NCBI GenBank assembly: GCA_973895155.1
Contig: OZ316896.1
Coordinates: forward strand, 14,728,684-14,792,683
DNA: 64,000 nucleotides
DNA from: Marsupella aquatica
Taxonomy: Eukaryota > Plantae > Marchantiophyta
Reading direction: 5' to 3'
In this document: in pieces, positions 43,201 through 56,533 of the stretch
Layout: each line of letters begins with the position of its first letter
How positions within the stretch are numbered: position 1 is the first letter of the stretch
Made by a program: the position numbers and the translations under genes
Notes under the pieces: generated by a model
Database searches by the model: none
The model's input: the letters and a program-made list of their open reading frames with translations, nothing else
What the model was told of the DNA's origin: nothing

Positions 43201-45829
43201 ACCACTTGCTAGAGTTAAGTATCAACAGGTTATTAACCTTTGCTACCCTCAACAATGCTGTAATGGATTGGGCAGTTGTAAAAGAATCCTCCATGTACCC
43301 TAATTCACTTCCCCGCCCCCCCCCCCCCCCCCCCCTAACCACATCAACAACTTTCCTAATTTTTAGCAACAAAACCATACATGCGAGGATGAGGGCCAGG
43401 CACTCGCGCCCCAAGTGAAACCAGCTGGGGCAGGGGAGGGACCTAGAGGGAGACTTTGAAGATTATGCCTGCTTCACCGGCCCATGTTGCTGATTCTGCA
43501 TCCGCGCTCACAGATTTATGATGACCTCACCAAAGCATAGAGGCAGGTCTTATTACTCGTAGTGGACTACTGGATTTAGCCCTTTCCCATCTTTTTAATT
43601 TCACACACACCACAGCCGCCTGGCATGCACAGTGCCACCTGTCCTCCTTTGACTCTGGCAGCGCCAGGCAAAGTCCACATATCAATCTCGTAAAGTACAA
43701 TCATCGTACTTTGGTTTTTCCTGATTTATAAATTTTGGTGGAAGTTGATCATGTGCTTGCAATCCTTGCATTCTTCAGGAAAATGGAGCAAAACACCGTA
43801 TAAGGGAGGTGTTTCTGGGGAGGTTTTCGTGAATCACTATTAGTGCTAGCTACTCTACTTGTCTTACTGGAATATTGTTTCGTCGTGAGGTTACAAGTGA
43901 AGAAAAACGATGTGCACACCAGTTTCCCATAATTTTCAACTTGAAAGACTCGCTAAATAGTCGCTGTAGTGACGGATTTTTAAAAATTCCGTATCTTTAA
44001 TCTAATCAATCCTACTTCTCCTCTCAAGAGTGGATACCGCGTTCATCGTGTGACATCGTTTGGGCCCCACCCAAAGTGATTCACATAACGTGGAGAGAAC
44101 ATTGCTAGTGAAAACTTGTCTTGTCGAAACTTGCAGAGTCTTTACGCTGGGAGACACATGCCGAAGTTCAGCAGCTACGCAAAAAGTGCGAACTGCGAGT
44201 CGTCAACAAACTTGACCCGAATTTCGAGAACAGAGGAAAGATTCCGTAAACCGCGGAGCTTTCGTCGCATCGAACAAAAACCCACGAGACATTTTTCGAA
44301 CAGCAGCCGTTCGGAGACCATACTGCAGTCCACAGTGATCGTCACAATATTTACAGTCTCGTAGTCCTCGGAACGCCTATGAAACGTACGAGAAGAGCGG
44401 TTCTTGTAGAGGAAGCCTGCCCACTGGGAGATTCGCTCGGCCTACAGTGGCGGCCGAGGAAGCTCCTACTGAACCTGCTGAAAGTCTCCTTTCTATGCTA
44501 TAAAAAGAGAGATCCCTGTCTCTTCTCCAGCGGCCCTCCAATGATCCAATCGCTTGTCGAGAAAAGCCATTGATTATTTTATTATTTTCTACCGAACTTT
44601 TCTCCCCTCCATGGCTCATTGGCTCCATTGGCACCCACGGACCCACCCCTCCCCCTCGCCCGACACCAAAACAAGACAAGAACATAAACAATAATATCTC
44701 GAGATCAAGACAAGTCGATCCCATCCGCCGATCCAGAATTCGGACTATACATGATGGGCGAAGTCGTGAAATTCGGAAATTAAATCATGATAATAATAAT
44801 ACAATAAAACAAACAGAGGCGTGCTGACGTGATTGTGCAGGAAAATGATGCCTGCCAGCCACCTGCCAGACGCCATGCTCAGTGTGACCGGTACAGGTTC
44901 TAGACTGACAGGAAACCGGGACATAACCGGTGGGCTAAAAGCGAAAGAAGGATTTACCAGTCTCAAGGGCGCGAGGATCATTCTGAGAATCTGAGTTTCT
45001 GACTATGTGGGGATCAATAACGCCAACAAACTTGGGGGTTGACTTTGTATGGTTGTAGGTAAGGGTTAACGGGATTATCAGACTACAGGCCAGCGCCCCT
45101 AACCATGAATTTGTATATACTTTTGTCGGCAAGTATTATACTTACTCTAACTAACAGAGAGAGTAGACAACACTATAAGGAAAAGCCCCACAAATTGGAA
45201 GAACCAGCACTCTCCCTGATATTTTACTAATAAATATCTTCCAATATCAAACCCAGGAAGTCTTTTCCATTTGAAAATCGCTCTCCGCCCCCTCATTCCC
45301 CTGCCCTTGATATGCACACTGCTTTACAAAGGGGTGCCCCGGCAAGAATTATACCTCTTAGCAACCAGATATGTCCAACCAATGATTGGAAACTAAGTGT
45401 AATGCAAGACAGGTGAGGGTGGCCAGGTCATTGCATGGTGGGGCGCTGTGGCATGGAGTTAAATGAAGGAGGAAAGTTGTTTTAAGATGTTTTTGCTCCC
45501 CTTTTTTGTTCCTCCACCCCCCTCTCCACTCTGTCCCTCACCCTCCCGCTCTCTTGCTCCTCCTGATCCCGCCCAAGGAAGGGAGCACACACATCAGGGA
45601 GTTTATTAGGGTCAGGGAGGGAGGGAACACAGCTGTGCATGAGGCCAAGTGGACAGGGAGGAGGGGACCACAGGTGTCTCTGGTGGATTGAACATAATTT
45701 TAGCAAACAGCAAAGAGATGATCCCATCCATTTCACTTTTTGCAAACATACTACACATGAGTTTTGGCAGGATTGCATATTACGATGCCTTCTAGACTCG
45801 GAAGAAATCTTCCAGAAAAATTTATAAAT

Positions 45830-47447
45830 CAGTGAAAAACAAAGTACAAGGAAAGGAAAGGAAAGAAAAAGAGGTTCAAAGACAAATATACACATTTTTT
45901 ATATACAAAGGGACCAATCAGAGTACAAATGAACAAACAAAAGAGGGTCCAAGTGGACAAAACCAATCGAAAAAGAAATGAGCAAAAGGGAACCACTAAA
46001 CACCAAGAAAGAGGAACTAAAAGTAAGAAATGAGCAATAGGGAACCCCTAAAAACCAAGAAAGAGAGACTAAAACTAACCCAAGCGGACCGAGGTCCTCA
46101 TCATTCCTAGTGAATGTGGCAAAAAGCTAATGGTCCACATCAAGGGTCAAAACTAGATCGGCAAGTGGGATTGGAACATCCTCTAGGGGAGCTAGCCGCT
46201 GCGGAGGCACACTAGCACCCACTGTAAGAGATCGATGATAGATGGCCCGAGCTTGAGCACGCTGCAAGGTGACTGAAATGCGTCGGCAAAAGTGCATGGT
46301 CAAAATAGAAAGCGGGGGTCCGGTGGGACCCATGCAGCCATGAACATCCCGGGCAGCTTGCCGAAGAAGCCCATCAAACTGAGGATGAAGACGCCCAAAT
46401 AGCTCCAGAGCAAGGGGGAGGAAGTTGTCGGATGAAGCTCGTGCAGCATATTTGGCCTCCTTTGTTGTTGCCGCACGTGACGCTGCTGCCCCTGCCGTAG
46501 TTGCCGCTGTCCCAATGATGTCTTGGCGCAATGGGTTTGCCACCACTACATCTGCCAATGTACGTTGACCCTCACGGACCATGGTAAGATCCACCTGTAA
46601 CCGCTGTGATGGAGGACCAGGTAACTCGAGTACCACCTCCCACCGCACGCATACCAAAGAGCCAGAGAGAACCTGAGCAGTCGCATCTCGCACAGCGTCG
46701 TGAACAATAATGGTTTCACCTCCCAAACTGCACCGAAGAAGATGGACGCCTGTGGCATCACAAGGCTTCCCACAAGTGCACGAAGGGGGTAAACCTGCAA
46801 GAAGTGGGTGGGGCAGCCCCATATGAAGACACATGGCTGTGGAGAACTCCGTTGAAGACATCCGCAAATGAGGAATGACTGGATTGGCCTGAAGCCATCC
46901 ACCTGCGCCCTTCCCTCCGAAAGAAAGAATCCGAGCTCGGTCCGTGTCAGGTGCCTCGGAGAGGATGCTGGAAAGGGTGAAAGCGTGCATATACCCAGCG
47001 AGGTCTGCCTGAAGACAAACGGGATCCAAGGATAAAAACTCCTGAAAAGAAGGTAACGCGGCGCGAACGGGATCTGGTAATGAGGACCGCGCTGCGCGCA
47101 AATGAACCTGAAACGGGAGGGAACCCTCCTCTACCTCCATGAGAGATGAAAGTAAAAAAGGGCGATCCTCTATAAGAAAATGATCGGCCAACAATGAGAA
47201 GGCGGCCGCCCACGCACCCAAAAAGGCCAAAGGTGCAAGGCTCTCAATGGAAGTAAGCTCAAAACCACCCTGCAAAATAGGAAGACTGAGTTGTTGATGA
47301 AGCCACAAAGATGAGAGCAACGTACCCGGCCCCAAAAGAGAGGCCAGGGTCTGACGAATGGAGACATCAAATGCTCGAAGGTGGATACAAAGATCCTCGG
47401 TAGGGGGATGCGTCCTAGCCAGATAAGACGCACGAGGGTGGATGCAG
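45830..47447 (-). mobile_element. 5'-truncated RLE-type (CRE-like) non-LTR retrotransposon: post-RT region, CCHC knuckle, restriction-like endonuclease and 3' UTR
   Basis: Open frame ending at 46127 with CTCGKPCDATGVHLLRC..HDAVRD, VDLTM..LADVVVANP..KEAKY, FLPLALELFGRL and RRISVTLQRAQA; 3' boundary approximate. Confidence 0.85.
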
Positions 47448-47449
47448 CC

Positions 47450-48168
47450 GCTCCCCTTGAACCAAGAAAACGACCAATCACTCAAACTATAAAATAATTC
47501 TTGAACCCAAGAATTCAAAATAACAAGACGTCTAGTAACTACTCCTATTAGGGCTGGTAGGTAGGCCCCACAGCCTAAAGCGGCATGTTTATTTTGGAGA
47601 CACGTCAAATAATTCTATCTTTTTATTTACAGCGAAAAAGCCAATGACTTTCCTCTCTCCAGCTATAATTCTTTTTATGGGTACCTTTTTCGTTTTATCA
47701 ATGGTCTTAATTTACGAGTTTCTTCACCTGGCCACTTGGCTTTTTTCAGAGGCTCCGGAAACGGCCCAGACTTGTAAAGTTTCCCAGCCCAAGAAACCTG
47801 GCTGGATAGCCGAATCCGGAGTAGACATTGGACTCTCCATCTCGTAATGGTGCAGAACCACCTTATAGTTATTTGGAATGTTCAGCCTGCTCTTGGTATT
47901 TGGGCACATAAAATGAGTTCCAAATTTATTAAACGCCTTTTTTCTAGTTCGGAGCTTCCATTCCAAAGCTAGGGTTAGAGCGCATGAGGTAACTAGGAAC
48001 CGTTTCTCTATTCGTGGCTGACGGGTACCTAGTACTTAGCCTCATATATTGATACATTTTTATGAACAGAGCAACCCTTTTTCCCATTCTGTCGCCCCCG
48101 AGTGAAAGTTGGGGGGGGCCCGAAAGGCGCACAGTGGCGCCCTCTTTTCCCGGCAAGCGCGACGGGGG
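47450..48168 (-). pseudogene. Fragment of an organellar-type group II intron maturase (domain X); probable NUMT
   Basis: One minus frame reads FLVTSCALTLALEWKLRTRKKAFNKFG, matching the SCALTLAxKxKLxTxxKxFxKFG domain X signature of mitochondrial intron ORFs; a GC-rich cluster at 48095-48168 resembles bryophyte mtDNA intron inserts. Confidence 0.7.
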
Positions 48169-48265
48169 AGCAAACACCTAACCAGAAAAAGGAAAAGCAA
48201 GTGCAAACCTAAAAAGGGAAGAAGAAAAAGTGAAAAGTGTCAAACATTACAAGAGTGCAAAATCA
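48169..48265 (-). mobile_element. Short 3' UTR fragment of the CRE-like family
   Basis: CAAACACC..AAAAG.AAAAGCAAGTGCAA.CCT.AAAAAGG..GAAAAGTGTC.AAC..TACA.AGTGCAAA matches 52368-52452. Confidence 0.7.
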
Positions 48266-49920
48266 AGGACTATTGTTTACATTGGAAAATGTGACAAGAG
48301 CTAAAGGGCCACATCCAATGTCTTAACCAAATCAGCAAGCGGGATTGCATTGAGTGTTCCGGTTCATTATTTTACAAGGTGCAAATAGGAGGTACTCTCC
48401 TCTCTAGTCTTGGATCACAATCAAGTATAGTGTATTGTTGGCTACAAAACCATAGTCATACTCAATCTTTGTTAGACTCTAAGTGGAACTTTTCAAGGTC
48501 TGACCCCAGATTTATCTGCTCACTTCAATTAGTGTGGTAAATCATACGTGTTTTAAACAACCGTTGTCTTAATAAAGAATCATAAGTTTGTTTAAGCTTT
48601 CATGTGTGATCCAGTTATCATTAAGCTGTCATGCGTAATCCAGTCATAACAAACAACAATTACTGCTATGTGCGTCACCACAAACAAACAAACAACATAT
48701 TAGGCCAGATATAACACAGGTCAAGAAACACTCATGTTACGTGACCTACAAGTAAGCATTCCTGTCACTACAAAAATAAAACGAAAAATTCGTGCATACA
48801 GATCTTACTTGCCAGTCATTGAAATAACCACAAGCATGAAATACACGTTTGGGCTGTTCCCATTAAAAAAAACTACATGGTCCTGCACCCCTCCCACCAG
48901 AATAAAAGCTCCATATTTGCAGGAAAGGACAAATATTGTGGGTATGATGTTCGGATGGACCTAATCAATTATTAATTAATTAATGTTATGACCGATGCAC
49001 CGTTGGTAACTTTAACAGTTTTGACTATGTCACACTTAGTGGTTGTGTAAATACATTAATGAGACACTTTGCGGTGGACGTTGTAGTGAAGGTGCTTTAA
49101 AGCTAAGGTTGTTTTTAGTATGGTTGCCTTGGGCTCTTTGACCAGAATTAATGGCCAGGTACATCAACTTCAATACTCAGCATCCATGTTTTTGTATCCA
49201 GAAATGCACGCCATCACACTTACGAAATTTTCAATGTACAGTAGAATGTTTCACCTCCCCACATTGTTATATATAATTACGAGCATGCAATTCTAACTTT
49301 GGAAATCTTTGATGTCTTGGGTCTAGGAGGCATTCGGAGGATAAATATTACAAATAATTGTATATTTTACTCCATACTTTGTATTTCATCTCTATGATTC
49401 ATCCAATTTTCCTTGTTGATCCATATTTGAATCCTAAAACATTCTATTTTTGTCTCTTTCTAGACAAGGTTCAGTATCATCCCAACCGTTTGTGTGTATC
49501 TTAGCATTGATTATATGGTGTCACCTAAACTTGTTTGGTGTCCAAAGTCTTTCATGTTTCCTAAAGAGTAGTAAATGGGAAATATCAAATTGTCCACACA
49601 CAAGTAAAAGGGCTTAAACCACCATTGTCATTCCTTGGGACCTGATGAAACCAGGTGATCATAAGAAGTCCAATTTTTTCTGAAGGGGCGATTTATCCCC
49701 ACCCCTGCATTTTGGTAGTGGTCGTTTAATGACAAAGCACTGGACATGCTTTATTGTCTAAGGTTATTATGTTACTGGCATGAGCTTTTCACCACTAGGA
49801 TCCTCTATGTCTTCATTATTTTGCCCGATGGCTTCATCCTTGCTACACTCATACAGTATATCTTATTTGATATATTGGCTTGTTATATTATAAACTAGCC
49901 CGATGCCCGTGCATTGCATG

Positions 49921-50950
49921 AAAGATGTCGAGTGATAAAAAGATGTTGATGTGATAAAAAGGTGTGGAGTGATAAAAAGATGTCGAGTGGTAAAAGGATG
50001 TCAAGTGATAAAAAGATGTTGAGTGATAAAACGAAGTCAAGTGATAAAAAGATGTCGAGGTGATAAAAAGAAGTCGAGTGATAAAAGAAGTCGAGTGATA
50101 AAAGAAGTCGAGTGATAAAAGATGTTGAGTGATAAAAATATGTCAAGGTGATAAAAACATGTAAAGCTTGCAAGACAAGGCTGGGAACTGATTGCCAGAA
50201 CGTTTCCAGATCTGATCACTTGGCCTGCTGGGGAGTTGAAACCTATGATGGAGGCTTTTGCTGGACACGGTCTTGCCCGCTCCTTGATAGTTTTCATGGT
50301 TTATCAAGTACTATGGCATATTTGGCTTGCCAGGAATGAGAGTGTATTTAACAATGGTAGAAGTAGAAACTTTGATCTGCTAAAGATCCTTTCAGAAATG
50401 ATTGATCAATTACATCGACTGTGTGAGGACTCTGGCCCCTGCAACCGGCGCACGCGACTGCTGAGGACCAAGGACGCCTGAATTGGGTTTTGCGGACGGA
50501 GGCACGGTTCACACTTTCTCTCTGATTAATGACACGGTTATACAACTTAGTCCCCTCTTAGACAGGGTCAAAATTTTCCTTGCTATGGGCTATTCCCTGG
50601 TTGGGATGCTAGGGGTTGAGCTGCTACCTGCTCCCGTTCGTTGCTGTTTCTTTGACTCTTCACTGCCTTGGAGTTTCTGCTAGGACCCATCAAGAGAGCA
50701 CACTAGAAGTATTTGGGATCTTTAGCGGTCATGTTGTGGATGTTCTACTGGCTCTGGCTCTGGCCTGCCCTCACCGGGCGTCTTTGTTGCCTTTTTGGCT
50801 CCCAATCCCGTAGGGTTTTGCGGGTTGTTTTGTGAAAAAAAACATGTTGAGTGATAAAAACATGTCGAGGTGATAAAAAGATGTCAAGGTGAAAAAAAGA
50901 TGTCGAGGTGAGCAAAAGATGAGCAAAAGATGTCCATGAGAGAAAATATG
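49921..50950. repeat. 17-19 bp minisatellite GATGTCGAGTGATAAAAA inside the Helitron, split by the L1 fragment
   Basis: About 13 units at 49921-50160, with further units at 50838-50950. Confidence 0.9.
50163..50837 (+). mobile_element. 5'-truncated L1/Tx1-type LINE 3' end
   Basis: Encodes VLWHIWLARNESVFNN (conserved ORF2 C-terminal WxIWxxRNxxVF), ends in a short A tract, and is flanked by AAAAACATGT at 50153-50162 and 50838-50847 (TSD). Confidence 0.8.
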
Positions 50951-52249
50951 TGGAGGAGATTCCAGCATTTTGAGATAAGAAGAATATGTTTAGGCAAGGC
51001 ACAAATGTCAAGGGTGATAAAATGGGATAAAGCAAACATGATGAAGATGAGATACATAAGATGCTTAAATACAAATCTGCTTACAAATTTCTGAATTCAT
51101 AAGCAAAAGTATTACTTTACAACAGAGTTCTCGAGTAAAGGTAGTCCTGAGCATATTAACTGATTTGGTACGGAAGTGCTATTGGACAAAAGCGTTTTAA
51201 TGCGATAAGTCAGCAAGAAAAAAAAGATGTCATTTTTGGAAGATTGTTATCATTTATGAAATGTTGGTAGTAGCAAAGTGGTGTTAGCATTAGGGAAAAG
51301 AGTGCATGTAGAAAGGATTCATTTATCAATAGAAATTAAAGCATGAGTTGCAAGGGAGGGAGGCGAGGTAGAAGTTGAATGCAGAAGTGAACTAAACGCG
51401 GTCCAAAAAGAGTGTGATAAGAAACATAAGCGTTGGATTCTCATGCATTGCACCAAGAGAAGTGTTATTCAAGAAGAACATGATTTACACTCAAAGTGAT
51501 GAGCATAAAATAGTGCTACCAAACAGACTTTATGTACTTGTTGAAGTAAGAAACTGGTGAGAAATGTGAAAAAGTGAGGTTGTGAGTGGGAAGGAGAGGT
51601 AAAAGTTGTGAGGCAATGGAGGTTTCCGCTCTTGTCCCCATCCGCCACCCAAAAATAGCTTTCTCTAACACTATACATTGCAAACGGGATTGCAAAACAA
51701 AAAACAACATTATAAACATGCAAAAAGAAAATTATAACGTTGTCCCGACACAATGGAATGAAGAGGAAAAAACTCCATTTCTTTAGAACTTGCCTAACCA
51801 TTCTTAGTGAGAACACCAATTTCTCATTTCTTCTAATTAAAAAACAGAAATAAAAGCACACGGGATCATTCCTGTATGCATATGAATTAGTTATACATAT
51901 TGTATATCTAATGGATACAAATCACTCCCGCCTTTTTCATGGATTGTAAGCATACGAAAGTTGAGATTTGGCGGGCCTGCATATTATAGAGTGTAGATAG
52001 TGCTCTTTGCAAAATGGCCAGGTCAAAAATATTTTTATCCATGGTTTATGGCCAGTCATCACGCATTTGAGGTGGTAATAAATTCTAACACCCCTATTCT
52101 TGGACTGCCCTCGTTTGCTGGAGATCAAAATCCTTTAGCACACCACCCTTCAGCTCTGGATGCCTCTAGTCTTTGTTGGTCACCCTTGTCTTGATTTGTA
52201 TGATTGTGACCAAGTCTATATCCTGTCGTTATGTTTTACTTCTTAGTAG

Positions 52250-54800
52250 GGAAAAACTAAACGTAACCAAGGAAAAACTTCTCAGTAGAAAATGAACTGC
52301 CACCAAAATTTATGAAACAGGACAAAACAAAGTACAATGAAGCGAACGAAAAGAGGGCCAAAGAGGACAAACACCCAACAAGTAAAAAGAAAAGCAAGTG
52401 CAACCTGAAAAAAGGAAAAAGGGAAAAGTGTCTAACGCTACACAAGTGCAAAGTACTAGTGTCCAACCGTCTGCAGAGTTATAGTAGCGCCCACTGTGAG
52501 GGATCGATGATTAATTGCTCGAGCTTGAGCACGTTGTAAGGCCATTGAAATGCACTGTCAAAAGTGCGTGGTCAAGATGGATAGGGAGTCCGGGGGGACC
52601 CATCCGTCCATGAATATCATAAGCAACATGTCGAAGAAGCCCATCAAACTGATGATGAAGATGCCCAAATATCTCAATAGCAAGGGGGAGGAAGGTATCA
52701 GATGAAGCTTGAGCAACATATTTTGCCTCCTTTGTTGTGGCCGCTTGGGATGCCGCTGCCCCTACCATTGCCGCCACTATCTCGATGATATCTTGGCACA
52801 GAGGGTTTGCTACCACAACATTTGCCGAAGCACATTGACCATCACGGACCATGGTTAGATCAACCCGTAATCGATGTTTTACAGGACCAGATAGCTCAAG
52901 CACCACCTCGCGCCTTACGTGTACCAAAGACCCGGAGCGTACCTAAGTACCCGCCTAAGTAGTAGCATCTCTCAGAGCATCATGAACAACTATGGTTTTG
53001 CCTCCCAAACTGCACCAAAGAAGATGGCCCCTGTGGCATCACAAGGCTTCCCTCATGTGCAGGAAGTGGCATGGGTAAACATACAAGAAGAGGACAGTGG
53101 GGCAGCCCAGACAAAGACAAATGTTTGTTGAGACTCCTTTGAAGACATACGCAAATGAGGGATGGCTAGATTGGCCTGAAGCCACCCTCTTGGGCCATTC
53201 CCTCCGGAAGATAGAATCCAAGCTCGGTCCATTTCAGGTGCCTTGGTGAGGATGTTAGAGAGGGTAAAAGTGTGCATACAGCCAACAAGGTGAGCCTGAA
53301 GATGGACCCAAGGATAAAAACTCCTAAAAGGAAGGTAACACAATGCATACAAGATTCGATAGTGATGATAACACCTCTTGCAAATGAACGTGAAATGGGA
53401 GGGAACCCTCCTCAACCTCCATAAGAGATGAAAGTAAAAAGGGTTGATCCAACAATGATGCAATCAGCCAACAATGAGAATGAGGCTGTCCACAAACCCA
53501 AAAATGCCCAAAAGGCTAAGCTCTCAATGGAAGTAAGCCCAAAACAACCTTCAGAAATTATAGGAAGTGTGAGTTGTCAATGAAGCCACATAGATGAAAG
53601 CAAAGAACCAGGACTTAATAGAGAGGCAAAAGTCTCTCAAATAGAAACATCAAATGCACGTAAGTATAGACAAAGATCCTTGGTAGGGGCATACGTCCTA
53701 GCAAGATGAGATGCCCTAGGGTGTAGACATTGCAGATGGAGCGGGGCTAGCAGGGGCTAAAGCAACCTATAGAGCATCAACAATAAATGATTAGCAAAAG
53801 GTCATAGTAATGATAGGGGAGTCAATGACTCGAAGACCTCCCACTGGATGTAAGAACCCAAGAGGAAGTGCCAAATTGGAGGGTAACCCAGTTGGACTCT
53901 AAGCACATTGTCAACTCTTCACCAGTTGAACCCTTAAACCAAGGGCCATCAACTGGTCTGAAAGGGTGGTGAGGGTAGAGGCAACGTAAGTGGGGGGACC
54001 AATAATGTGGAAAGCGAGGGGAAAATACACTGGGGGTGGGCACTAGAGGTTGCCCATAGAGATGTAAAATGGGCAATGACAAAAAGAGGCACGCCCAAAG
54101 CGTCACCCTACTTGTTACCTTCTGCAAAAAAAGGTTAATTAGTATACTCTTGTGTAGAGGTGTGATGACTATAAAGGAGAGGGTTCTCCAAACCATAAAA
54201 CAACGGACAAATTGGATAAGGGACTGAATGTTTGGATATGTTATTCTCAATGCACGGAAAATGGCTGCTTGTGAGACCGTGTTGAAAGCATTGGACACAT
54301 CCACTTGTAGAACAATCCAATCAGGGTTGAGATCCAAGGTAGTCCGAATACCCGCAATGACGGTCTGTCAACCTCCAGGAACGCCGATTGTAGACTGATG
54401 TGGAGAGAGATGACCTGATAGTGGACGAGATAGTGAGAACAATGTGATGTGAGTGTGTGAGACACAAGACGACTAAAAAACTCTCCAATGGCAATGGGCC
54501 AAACTTTGTGGATGACTTAGCCATGACTAGTAAACGCAATGTGCTCAAAATCCGAGAGACCGAGAGTGGTGGACCTCGCCACCCAACGCCCTCACCAATC
54601 CCAGCACTTGTGCCTAAGTGCCCTTGGTGCCCGATTGCCTCCACGGAATACCTCGAGCAAGCATCCAAGTGCCTCTAGCACTACCTGCGGCCCCTCCCAT
54701 ACGAAGCCGCACTTGCTCACCTACACGACCGCTAGTCAACGGTCCTCACTGTCTGCACAAGCAACCAAGCACCTCGGTAAGTAACCCCACCGGATCTAGA
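52250..54800 (-). mobile_element. Longer, heavily decayed CRE-like non-LTR retrotransposon with RT and RLE remnants
   Basis: RT remnants V(W)PIAIGEFFSRL (about 54470-54505) and IVLQVDVSNAFNTVS (about 54275-54320); RLE region RVDLTMVRDGQ..NVVVANP..KEAKY (52511-52927) is homologous to the 46-47 kb copy. Confidence 0.85.
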
Positions 54801-56533
54801 ACTCGCCAAGTCTAGCATCCTAACTCAAGCTCAACAGACGTTGGTACATAGGTCAGCGATAGGTCCTCCCGATGCCATAAGCCGGAACCAGAACCCACGC
54901 CCACTGTCCGTCCAGGATAGCTCCTTCCTTGGGCGCGGCCCGGGTTCCCCCTCGTACCTATCCATCACCAACTGACCGCCCTGACCTCAGGACATACTCA
55001 TGGCCCAAATAGTGTAGCTTGTCCTAAAGCTTGTCCCAAGCTTGTCTCAGCATGCCGGGACCATAATGGCCCTAACTCTAACAACCGCTCCCGGTTCGCC
55101 CCACTGATGGTCTAGGGATCGAGCGCCCTTGGGACTTAGCCTCCATACCTACTTGGCCTTGCCTCCCCAACGCAAGCTCCCTTGGGAGGCTGAACGCGGC
55201 TTGGCTGCTATTCGACAGGATTTGGCAAGCGGGCGAGCTAACACCCGCAAACCACGAGAACCCATGGCACCCCCGGACCCATCTGAGCTCAGGAGGGCGT
55301 AGCCCTCCTCAAGAGCTTTCCAATGCACCCAACTGTTGGAAAGATATCACCATTTCCGTTTGGCGGTTTCCCTTAGTGTCGCGACCACCGCGGCTCACGA
55401 CTTTGGCTCGGCCTTAGCCCCCAGGGAGACACCACTCCCCTCATATATGCTTCTGGAGACCTGCCACCCCCGGACCAACTTTGGTCCCTAAACATTTGGC
55501 CCCCAACCCGGATCTCATCGCGCATAATGGGCGCGCCACCAACTAGCAACGCCCATAACTTTCTTCATAGGCATCCGCAAGCGGAGTGCCTTAGCCCGTT
55601 GTGACCAGGCCGACCTGGTGCTCATGCCTAGGCCCTCAGGTCTGATTGCTGCTCGGGGCCCCCGACCGGCCCAACCCGGATCGGGCCACAACTTGCGCCC
55701 CAAGCGTCCATTGCCAATGACATCAACTCCATTGGCCTTGGGCCCAAGAGGAGCTTACTCCTAAGCCCTCAGAACTCAAAGTCCATCCGACGGTCCGGAT
55801 GACCATTCTTGAGCCCGGCCCAATTCCCCTTGACCCGACCAGCCATAGGCTAGTCAAAGTCCTTAGTTTGTGTCCCTAACTTGGCCCCTGGCCTCGCCAG
55901 TGCCACGTCTCATTGCCCACAAGTCTCCCCATGCTAAGTCCTCCCCGGATGGCCTATCCGGGCCTGGATCATAAGGGAGCTCGGTGTTGGAGTCAGCGAC
56001 ATCGGAGCTAAGTGTTAAGGTAGTCGAGTTCCGCGACTCCGAGGGAGGCAAGCGCCCTACTGGACTACACTGGAAAAAGGAAAATAAAACTAAAAAACTG
56101 TTAGGTATTTACTCAAGGTCTGTCATGCCGAGGGACAGTGCCTCTTGTGCACATCGGCATGTCCCTCGCATGCCCGCTAGGTATGTAGTTAGGGCTAGTG
56201 TACTATTTGAGTTAGTGTCATGTTCTTGTAGCGAGCCTGGGCCGTTCTTGAAGCAAAGGTGTTTATTAGTGTGATGCCTGGACCCGGTCCTACTTAGGGC
56301 ATGTTTTTCTTTGCCGTTTTTCAGTTCTTCTTGAATCGCTGTTGATAGAGCTCAGACAATGCTCGTCGGTTCCGTACACGGGATTCACACAGTGATTCGT
56401 TAGATGCTCCCGGCCGATCGTCGAGTTAGCGGTGAAGGGAAGAAGATTGCTCGTGGCAGTTTCAACAATTTTTGGTCAAGCCGTTGCAATTTCCTCGATA
56501 GACATTAGCAAGGCTTCAAAACTATGGGTTTAG

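Larger units (their letters stand above)
49895..51997 (-). mobile_element. Non-autonomous Helitron
   Basis: The minus strand starts TCTACACTCTATAATAT (51997) and ends CATGCAATGCACGGGCATCGGGCTAG (hairpin-like plus CTAG, 49895), inserted between A and T with no TSD; no RepHel ORF. Confidence 0.75.

Noticed and set aside
44116-45132. Possible small gene near 44.4-44.8 kb
   Set aside because: Promoter-like composition, but no recognisable protein or consistent exon chain could be built.
48766-49088. CACTACAA ... TTGTAGTG as a small CACTA element
   Set aside because: Only 8 bp of inverted match, no 3-bp TSD (TGT versus AAG) and no subterminal repeats.
49921-50950. CRISPR-like array
   Set aside because: Units are head-to-tail with no unique spacers, the context is eukaryotic and there are no cas genes.
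56099-56467. TGTTAG ... TCAACA as the Gypsy 5' LTR followed by a PBS
   Set aside because: The following TGGTCAAGCCGTTGC is not a clear tRNA complement, no second copy is available, and the left end is equally explained as a minus-strand splice signal.
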